A stretch of DNA of 32,000 nt from Wallemia ichthyophaga EXF-994. Its lineage: Eukaryota; Fungi; Basidiomycota. Numbering within the stretch: position 1 is the first letter of the stretch; the number at the start of each line of letters is the position of its first letter. The stretch is taken from positions 1-32,000 of the forward strand of contig NW_008806278.1 of NCBI RefSeq assembly GCF_000400465.1. Reading direction: 5' to 3'. This document shows positions 19,920 through 29,121 of this stretch, one piece after another. A program made the translations under genes and the position numbers. Under the pieces are notes generated by a model, which was not told the DNA's origin, searched no databases, and saw only the letters and a list, made by a program, of their open reading frames with translations.

Positions 19920-22823
19920 TCACAGCTGCCACGCTGAGTCGCCATAGAGCTGAGCGCCTTGACTGCGCATTGGGGCTGGAGCGTGAGAATAGTGGAGCTG
20001 GCCCAAGTGTGTTGGGTGGGTGACTGGGAGGTGAGGAGTGTGTGGAGTGTGGGGAGTATGAGAAAGGTGCTGGACATGCTGCAAATGCTGTACATTGGGG
20101 AGGTGCATAACGGGTGGAGAAGGACGTGATTGTGCGTGTGTGTGTGTATTAGGGTGTGAATGAGAGTGTGAGTGTGGCTGCATTACTGGCTGAGACCCTG
20201 ACCCCGACACCACCCCCGACGTCTCCCCTTGAGTCTCTTCCAGACCCATAAAATAAGGCGAAGGAAAGATCCCATCAGCCGTAATATCCGACAGTTCACT
20301 ACTCAATACATTCACGCCAGGATGTCTATTCGGCACCTGCGGCTGTATAGGTTCGGTAGGGCACGGGAAGACGTCATTCCAGCCGACGCCGATAGGCACG
20401 CCCTGTGCCTCGGCACTCTCCATCAGCATCCGCTTGATGCCGCGTGGGCCGGGTGCATGTGCGTGTTCGTGTGATGATTCTCCATGCTCACCCTCACGCT
20501 CACCCTCTTCATCCTCCGCCCGCTGTATGTCGTACACATCCATTAGCATGTCGTACGCCCGGCCAGCAGCTGGCCATGTGATCACCATAGCCTTGAGCGC
20601 TTCCATCGTTCTTCGCAAGTTGCGCCGCGCAACTGGAGCGATATCTGGATACTGGAGGTTGAAGCAGTGAGTAATACCCGCAGTGAAGATGTGGTATATA
20701 AGAAGACTGGGAGCTTTGTTGAGAAAGTCGTGTCGCGTGTTAAGCGAGTTGACAATAGAGGTAATGGAGTTAGCCGCCATGCTCATAATCTGGTGCGAAG
20801 GGTAAGGCGATGGAGTGGTGACGTAAGGGCGGTGGAGTAGGATGAGAGTGCAATGGAAAGCAGTGTGTAGCGTGAGGACGTGCGGAGGAGGAAGGTGCTG
20901 CGAGGATGCAGTGTATTTGAGATGGCGTGGGAGATCGATGGACCACTGATCGACGCGCTGGTGCAGCTCTGAGAGCATCCCTATACTGTCTCCGCTACCG
21001 TGCTTGATCGAGTAGCAGTGCTCGAGTATGCTGTTCTCGAGCGCTGATAGTCGGCTGAAGTGATTGAAACATGACAAAGCATAGCTCGTCTGTGGAACTG
21101 TCCAATTAAACGGATGGTCCTGGTCATTTAGATCGCACGCATCTCGACTGCACGTCACATGCGCTTCGATCGGCATCCAGGCTTCGGTCTCCTCTATCTC
21201 ATCTTCTTTGCACTCGCGCGTGTCGTAATCTCTCCCACGTATAGCCGTCGGTCTGCCGATGTAGGAGGAGATGTACGTGTCGAGAATAACACAGCCGTGC
21301 CATGTCCGCTTCCGTGCTTCTACTTCAACGTCACTCAAGCGAATGCGTCCGTTAGGGTGGAAATGACTGACGTCTCTGTGCAAGCCTAAGTCTTCAGCCA
21401 TGCGCACAGCGTGTCCGAGGAACATCCATGCACTCTTCATATCACCCAAACCAACACTCCTGTAAGTGAGAAGTAGGAATGCTTGTACGCTGGAGAGACG
21501 CGAGTTTGGGTGATCGAGGTGGGTGATTTCTCTCGCTCGCTCTATGTATAAGGTACCGGCTGCCCAGAGAGCAGGGTAGTCGGGGTTGTTGACAGCGCTG
21601 TAACGAGAAGCCACACCGAATACACAGAGAAGGAGGAGAGTGGGGAAGGATTCGTCGGGGACGTCTGGGTTGTGAGGAGACGATTGCTGAGACAGATTGA
21701 AATTTTGCAAAAACCAGGATTTGTGGATGATGGGGAGAACAGGATGGACGTAAGAGAAGTAGAGTTCGATTAGCTTTTCCTGGACTTGCATGTCAGGGAG
21801 ACATAGCTTGGCACCACTCAACTCGACCACCTCGGTTTGACTGAGCTTTTTAAGTTCATGGCTGGCTGGCCAGATGCCGGGAGCAGGGAAATTCCAAATG
21901 CCTTGTTGGTGGCGCCTATTGTTTGTGATGAGGTGAAGGCCGGAAGCTTTACCATGGTAGCGAATATTTTCGTTTTCATCGATGGAAAGCTGACCGATGG
22001 AGTCAGCGATGGAGTCATCGATGTGGGTGATAGAGGGAAGTTGCGTGGAGTGGTTGGGGAAAGAAGGGTAGTCGTCTAAACGTCTTCTTTGAGTGTGGGT
22101 GGATTGTATGTAGCTAGAGTCAGCGGGGAGAGTGGGAGAAGGACCCGAGGGAGCAGAAGGGCCAGAAGAAGCAGAATGAGCAGAGCCCCCGAAACCCCCA
22201 GAACCAGTCAAACCAGCACCCAGAACTCCCTGTACAATATCCTTTGTAATTGGGTCATTTTGTGTGATTGAATTGATAACGTGCGTTGAACCGGGTAATT
22301 CAATGAGATTAGCCAAGACCACCTCTAACCTGCCAAGCTTATCAGATAAGCTGTCTATATAGCCTTTAGGAGGGCCTCTCTTTTTAGTTGCACCTTGGAA
22401 GATGCACTCTGTATCATCATCGCTGTGAATAAAAAAATCGAGTGCTTAATCAGCGATGACGTACCAACTCTGGCATTTAGGCAATTTTCACAAGGGCCAT
22501 CTGCAGCGTTGTTCGGTCGTGAGCATTTTGATTTAATTTTGCGGCAGTGTAAGCAGGCTGCGTGGGTGTAGAGAGGTGGGAAATGGGTGTTGAATAATGG
22601 GAAGATGAGAGAAATGGAGTAATTGAGAGATAAGAGATGGGAGATAAGAGATGGGAGATAAGAGATGGGAGATGGAGATGAGATGAGATTAGCAAGATCA
22701 GCATTCTCAATGAAAAGACAACGCACCTTTTGAAGATCTCTTGCGATGTTTGTCAATAGGATTAGGATTGTTATTAGGGTTGTTTAGATAATTATTTAAA
22801 TCTAAATTATTATATTCATCCAT
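19920..22823 (-). CDS. Zn2Cys6 binuclear-cluster transcription factor with fungal-specific TF (middle homology) domain, ~892 aa
   Basis: Exons 22823-22727, 22557-22465, 22408-19920 rebuild RKRSSKACLHCRKIKSKC..CENCLNARVEC..KKRGPPKGYI. Downstream motifs YFSYVHPVLPIIH, AEDLGLHRD, RKRTWHGC. Confidence 0.92.
22627..22668. repeat. 14-bp tandem repeat (GAGATAAGAGATGG)x3 plus degenerate GAGAT units, inside the 169-nt first intron of the Zn2Cys6 gene
   Basis: Read directly from the sequence. Confidence 0.9.
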
Positions 22824-22869
22824 CGTTTAGATAATGGTTGTAATGGATCAAGGTTGAATTGATACAGTG

Positions 22870-23493
22870 ATGAGCCAGCACAGAAAATCGAATAGACAGA
22901 AATTAATTTCAGAGATCGAAGATGAGGAGGAGGGGAGTGTGCAGGTTGGAGGATTGAAGGCGGAGAGGGATGGAGAGGGGGTTGCAGGGACAAGGACGCA
23001 GACGACGCAGACACCGACAAAGACTCCTACAAAGACTCCAACAAAAACTCCAAATAGGCGTGGGAATAGAAGGCAGCCTCAGAGTGTACCTGCGAAATCA
23101 AGTCAGATAAACTGGGATATGCCAGTGAATAACCAGCAGCAAAGGAGGAATGAACCGTATAACTGGCAGGAGGTGTTGCAGACGTTACCTGGAGCTGGAG
23201 CGGGGGTATCAGGTGTATCAGCAGCACCACCTACAGCCCCATCCTCATCCACAACACCTAGAAAGAAAACAAAAGGGAAACAGCGCACGAAATCAGCCAG
23301 TGATGGGATTTCAGGGTTGAATTGGCAGCAAATACAATTGACAAGAAGCACAAACACGCCAAATAAGCCATATAATAGAAGACCACATACGGATAATCCA
23401 AATACAAATACAAATACAAATCCATACGCAGGTGCAGCATTTCATAATTCACCTGCACCAGATGAGTTGCCTGCACCAAAATTCCTCAAGTAG
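22870..23493 (+). CDS. Disordered protein with C-terminal PNRC/Edc1-type decapping-activator motif, ~207 aa
   Basis: Intronless ORF, ATG at 22870. It ends YAGAAFHNSPAPDELPAPKF, matching the YAGxxF..SP.P..LPxP motif of PNRC2/Edc1-type Dcp1-Dcp2 activators. Confidence 0.8.
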   Translation: MSQHRKSNRQKLISEIEDEEEGSVQVGGLKAERDGEGVAGTRTQTTQTPTKTPTKTPTKTPNRRGNRRQPQSVPAKSSQINWDMPVNNQQQRRNEPYNWQEVLQTLPGAGAGVSGVSAAPPTAPSSSTTPRKKTKGKQRTKSASDGISGLNWQQIQLTRSTNTPNKPYNRRPHTDNPNTNTNTNPYAGAAFHNSPAPDELPAPKFLK

Positions 23494-23630
23494 AATAAAT
23501 GAGTCGTGTTTATACCAAATTGATTTTTAATTTTAAAATTACAAGTATCCCGATTACGTCATAATCAGATGGATATAATGGCATGTTGCCGCTTTAACTA
23601 CTACGGTCATCATCAAATTAGTCAATTAAA

Positions 23631-24756
23631 ATGGTTAAAGAATCTGTTGCAGTTATTGGATCGGGTGAGTTGAAGTTTCTTACGTAGACAGACACTAATC
23701 CACTCATAGGCAACTGGTTAGTTCACACGTACAATCAATTAAGCATTCTCTCATACAAATCACAGGGGATCAGTTGCCGCTAGAATGGCTGGTCAAAGCT
23801 GTTTAGAGAAGCCTGACTTATTCGAAAGAGATGTCCCTATGTGGGTTTTCGAAGAACAAGTCGATGGTAGAAACCTCACAGATATCATCAACGAGAAGCA
23901 CGAGAATGTCAAATATCTTCCTGGCGCTAAATTCCCTGAAAACGTTATCGCAAACCCAGATCTCATTGACACGGTTGAAGACGCAACACTCCTGATCATT
24001 GTCATCCCCCACCAATTCCTTCCAAAGACTTTAAACACCCTTAAAGGCCACATCAACCCAAAAGCACGCGCTGTTTCTCTCATCAAAGGTGTTGAAGTCG
24101 TTGGTGATAACATCAACATCTTTGCAAAGGTTATTGAGCGTGAATTGGGAATTAGATGCTCTGCTCTCTCCGGCGCAAACATCGCCAACGAAATTGCTCT
24201 CGAAAAATTCAGTGAAACTTCCATTGGTTACGCTGACAGAAAAGATGGTGAAATTTTCCAAAAACTCTTTGACAGACCTTACTTTAGAGTTTCCATCGTT
24301 GAAGATGTTGAAGGTGTTTCTCTCTGTGGAGCAATGAAGAACATTGTCGCCATCGCTTGTGGTTTCAACGACGGTATGAACTGGGGTGACAACACAAAAG
24401 CTGCAATCATGAGAGTTGGTTTGCTTGAAATGAAGAGATTCTGTCAAGACTTCTTCCCTTCATGCAAAGATGCTACTTTCGTTGAAGAGTCTGCAGGTGT
24501 TGCCGATCTCATTACCACCTGTCTCGGTGGTAGAAACCGTAAGGTCGCCGCTGCTCACGCTGAAACTGGTAAATCTTTCGAGCAACTCGAGCAGGAAATT
24601 CTCGGTGGTCAAAGATTGCAAGGTACAGGCACTGCAAAGGAAATTCACGAATTCCTCAGCCACAAAGGCAAGGTTGACAATTACCCTCTCTTCAAGACTG
24701 TTTATGAGATTGCCTTCGAGAACAAGCCTGCTAAGGAGCTTACTTCTAGACTTTAA
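23631..24756 (+). CDS. GPD1: NAD-dependent glycerol-3-phosphate dehydrogenase, ~343 aa
   Basis: Exons 23631-23664, 23710-23716 (7 nt) and 23766-24756 give MVKESVAVIGSGNWGS. Also NVKYLPG, SLIKG, LSGANIANE, CGAMKNIVA, DLITTCLGGRN. Strong codon bias suggests high expression. Confidence 0.96.
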
Positions 24757-24860
24757 AACAGCAGTTAACCGTAATGTTTTTGTTTGAATAATGTTATATA
24801 TAATGACTTTTTGTTATAAGTGAGTTGGTTATTACAAAATAAATCTGGTATATAGCGACT

Positions 24861-25384
24861 TTATATATAAATAGTATTCAGTCGTGTGCACAATTCTCTC
24901 GCACTTACTGGTGTCGCATGCGTTGGAAGTGTGACTACCGTCGTGCTTGTGTATGCCATCTTGCTCCCGACGTTACTATTACTGATCACTCGATCTGGTG
25001 GTGCTGCTTTGTCGAAACTCTGCACATGGTCGCTGCCGAAGCTCACGCTTCTCTTGCGCGTCAGTGGGGATGGTGTATTGAAGCTGACTGGTGGGGGTGT
25101 TTTCAATGTGCTTTTCTTAGCGGGCGACGTGGTGTGTTTGGTGTGTTTATTGTGGCTGCTGTGACTGCCGCTCTCTGCGTGATTTGTTTCATTTGTTTGG
25201 TTTGTCTCCTTCGCAATTTGTGAGAATTGAGTGAAAAATGTCAGCAAGTTCAACTCACACTTTCTATACTCCCAATCTCCAACCCTAACCCATGTCCACT
25301 CGGCGCACTATATGCGTAGCTGTTACATCTGAAGGAGCTATCTTTGCTGATATCGTACTCCAAATCTTCAGCCTCGAATATCAT
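24861..25384 (-). CDS. Small hypothetical disordered protein with candidate PP1-docking RVxF motif, ~157 aa
   Basis: Proposed exons 25384-25259 and 25208-24861 (50-nt intron GTGAGT..GAAG). Contains RKRSVSF..VQSF. No family recognised. Confidence 0.45.
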
Positions 25385-25642
25385 GTCAATTTCTTGATCT
25401 CAATGATGTCGTCTCGCAAGATGGCATATGCTGGACTATGTTAGGAATTATTAATGACGCACACCTCCCCCCGCTTTACATTCATTACTTCCTAATCGAG
25501 TTGCATGTTTCATATGTGAAAGTTTTATACGTCACCAGTCGTCATTGCACTCACCCTCAAACACAAATATTTCCTTATCCGGTATACTTCCTCGGTGATC
25601 TCTCCGCGTATCGTAGATTATCTCCACATGATCCACTTTCAT
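25381..25642 (-). other. Putative spliced upstream ORF (49-54 aa) whose TGA overlaps the next ATG
   Basis: ATG at 25642. Exons 25642-25555, 25491-25480 (or 25465) and 25430-25381 are frame-consistent. Splice sites are plausible but unverified. Confidence 0.3.
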
Positions 25643-25821
25643 GCGCCGATTTTGTGCTATATTTTATTAGCAACAGTTCTGGTACGTGTACGTGCATAAA
25701 TACGTAAATAATGATAATAAACATAAATTAGGCGTATCAATAAATTTAAGTCAATATATAACTAGCGTTATTAGAGATATGGAATATTCCTGTCTTTTTC
25801 CGTGTTTAACTTGTCTTTCAA

Positions 25822-28800
25822 TCACATCACATCTCCTCTCCTCCTCTGCTCATCCTGCAGACGTCTCTTGGACTCCACTCTGAGTGTCTCCCAATCCATG
25901 TCCTGTACTGTATTCTCTTCAGCGCGCTCTTCAGTGCTGCCGTTGTCATCCGCATCCACCTCATCCACCTCATCGCTTAATCCTAATCCTATATGCTCAG
26001 CGGGCAATCTGAACCTTTGTGAGGAGCGTGAAGGAAGTGCATTGTTTTGCGATGAATGCGAGTAGTGTGGGTAGTGAGTATCTTGTGTATTTTGCGTATT
26101 TCGCGCAGCTTGCATATGCGTCGCCTGTCTCCCACTCCCGCCTCTCTCGCCCCGCTCAGGCGCAGGACTAATATGTTCGATAGTCGACCGACTCTCGCTG
26201 TGGCTCACCGTGGGTGTAGGTGTGTACGGCGGGGGTGGGGAAGCGGAAGAGACACCTTCGAATGGACTTGCAAAAGCACCTGTGAATGTACCAGAGAATG
26301 CACCCACAGTCTCCGTCTCCACGCCATCCTGGTTCACATTATACCCGTCGGCCACTGCCTCACTCGATCCTTCACCCACGCGCGCACGATCCACCACCGT
26401 CTGCGATGACCCACGCTTCTTCTTCAGTTTGCGACTCAAGTAGCTTGTCATTCGAGAGAGTGAGCTCGAGCTGCCACTGTTAGTGCTGTGTTGGGATAGA
26501 TCCGAAGATGATCCTGACGAGCCATTAGAGGAGTTGTTGGCGGTATTGTTGTTATTGTTGTCATTATTATTATTGTTGTTGGTGCTGGTATGGCTAATAT
26601 TACTGGTAATCATATCATTACTGTTGGTATTGTGAACGTTGCTACTGCTGCTAATGCTTGCTTCTGCTCCTCCCCCTACCCCTCCCAGCCCTCGCTCAGG
26701 CGTTAACGAAAAATCATCCAACATCCGACTCGTCGACTGGATAGGTCCGAGTGCGTCGCGGCTCTCGCTCGCTATGAGATCCCTCTCTATGCTGGATTGG
26801 CGGGAGTGTACGGGGTGTATGGGGTGTGTGGGGTCTGTAGAGTGTATAGGATGTGTTCGGTGTGGGTGTGCCTGGAGCTGGTGGCTGCTACTTCCACTCC
26901 CACTCCCTTCGCTCCCCTCTTGTCTTGTCGCAAACTCGTCCGAAATGGATGTAGGTAGTGGAGGCACCGGCAGTGTCCCGTAGCTATCGTCACGCGGGAG
27001 GCCATTAGCACTGCCATTGCCGCTGGCGCTGACACTTCTACTTGCACTCCCACTCCCACTCCCACTCCCACTCCCACTCCCACTCCCGCCAGTACCGCCG
27101 CCCACTACTGCACCTAGACTGGACATGGTTGTCGTCGAGTCGCGTGCTGCGACTATCCGCGGCGAGGCTGCTGATCGGCTTTGGCTGTACTCTGTCGGCG
27201 CGCGCTCGGGCGTGTGCCAGCTGGTGATACTCAGCGGGCCTGCTGAGGTGATTGAAGGGGTGTGAGTGGGTGTGTGAATGGGTGTATGAGTGGCTATGTG
27301 TGGGTGAGTGTGCGTTTGTGTATGCTGTGGATGCTGTGGATGCTGTGGATGGTAAGGCTGGTTTGAATGCTCCGATGACTCGCTAGATTCGCTAGACTCG
27401 CTAGAATCACTCGAATCACTAGCCCCACTGCTCTCGCTACTCTGACTGATCTCACCCGTTTCCCTATTGAAATGTCTAGTCTTTCTCTTCTTGGTCTCTT
27501 CATCCCCCTCCGCACTCCCACTCCCACTCCCGCTAGTCGACGGTGTGGCGCTGCTAGCGCATCTATCTACATCCATGACAGGCGTAGCGACGAGGGAATT
27601 TTCCGTAATGCGAACGACGGGAGCAGATCTCGATGTGACAACGACAGAGTCCGACAGACTCGAGCTCCTCACTCTATCGCGACTGAGGGTGTGTGGCAGA
27701 TTAAGAGTAGTTGGTCTATCTCTCACGCTCCAGCTGAATCTCTTTTCCTGAGCAGCAGGGCTGACAGCATGTCTAAAGACAGACTCGATGCGCTCCTCCA
27801 TGCGCCCCGCCCACGCCGCGCTGCGGGTGGTAGCGCGCGCGTGCACCAGCGCCTCCTTGTCAGCCGCCATCGACGGTACGCTTACGCTTGTGCACGCCAG
27901 AGCGAGGTGGTGCAGCGCGAACGCGGCGAGAACTATCCCCATTCGCACACCCACCCACGCCACATGCGCTATAAGCACACCAGCTGCGTAACGCGTCAGC
28001 TGGGCGTCTGTGCGGAAAAAGGCGTTGACCGGTATAGAGAGGAGTGCGGGGTGATAGAATTGGAGGATTATCGCGAGCGAGACTGCCGCACGGGGTATGC
28101 ACGTGAGTATTATCGGGTAGTCTGCGTAAACATTGGTTAGATGGTGGGTGGCGGCTTAGTCAAGACTCGCACAACTCACTGTTCAGGTAGTGGTGGGTAC
28201 TTTCGAGCGTGTAGTCTCGCTTGCTCTGCCGCCAAGCCTCCTTGCGTATATTCCAGAGAAATCTGAAATGCTGCACTGATCTCGTGCTGCTCAGATTGAA
28301 CAGCCTGTTCGAAACATATGCACTGGTCACAGGCGGTCTGCCCATTCCCCAGTATCTGTTGTACGCATACAGATCAGCTATCAGGATTATGAACCAGTAA
28401 ACTGCAACGGCTACCGAGTACACGGCAAGTGCCCAGATGTAGCTGTTGAACTGAATCAGACAAATCAAGACATAGAAAACATTCGCGTCGAAAAAGATAG
28501 AGACTGGTATGTGGATATATATAACCATCATGTAGCCAATGTAGGCTGGTATACTAGGCCATTTGTACTCGTGTATGTTGAAATACGGCTCGTTGAATCT
28601 TGGTGGAGCCGGTGGATGTTCTGATTTCACAGTGGTGGTTGTGGTGAGTGGTGTGGGGTTGCGTATTGTCGTTGATTGTGAGTTTCGTGTATCGTGTGCG
28701 TCGTGTTCGTCGTGAGTCTCATGTCTTCTTTGTTCGTTGGGCGTGTGCGTGGTTTGATTGGCGCTGGTTTGATTGGCACTAGTATTCTCACCAGTACGCT

Positions 28801-28909
28801 CCCCATCCAAGATGTCCTCCCCACCGTCCACCAACGGCTGCAGCCAATTAGGCAGCCAGTTGTTCAACGTGTTGAGCGTATTCGTCGATGGCTTCCCGTT
28901 CAATTTCAT
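25822..28909 (-). CDS. Uncharacterised multi-pass membrane protein with long low-complexity C-terminal tail, ~1009 aa
   Basis: Exons 28909-28180 and 28121-25822 (58-nt intron). Several hydrophobic helices (YIGYMMVIYIHIPVSIFF, WALAVYSVAVAVYWFIILI, IPRAAVSLAIILQFY, VLIAHVAWVGVRMGIVLAAFAL), then a Ser/Gly/His/Asn-rich disordered region. Confidence 0.75.
27046..27087. repeat. (CACTCC)n hexamer microsatellite encoding a Gly-Ser run on the minus strand
   Basis: About 7 units read directly. Shorter copies near 17150, 19310, 26895 and 27513. Confidence 0.85.
27323..27349. repeat. (TGCTGTGGA)x3 9-mer repeat encoding HPQ repeats
   Basis: Read directly. Adjacent 9-bp periodic Ser-Ser-Glu/Asp repeat at ~27371-27425. 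Confidence 0.85.
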
Positions 28910-29121
28910 CGTCACTGAACAACCATACAACGTTTCTCAATTCTCGGAATTTGAGATTCCTGCCTTGGCTGGCTTCCTACTCGGAATTCGGAATTCCAAC
29001 TATGTATCCTAAGAAGGCACGCGTGCTTTCCCCACAAACGCGCACATGCCTTAGAAATAAAATGTTTCAAGTTTAAAGTAAAATATAATATTTGCATGTA
29101 CTCTTGTTCATTTCTACAATC

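Noticed and set aside
23793-24447. Long antisense ORFs (143 and 138 aa) over GPD1
   Set aside because: Expected shadow of strong codon bias in a highly expressed gene; no recognisable motifs.
27472-28140. 222-aa plus-strand ORF and many overlapping ORFs at 26000-28100
   Set aside because: GC-rich low-complexity coding DNA has few stops in alternative frames.
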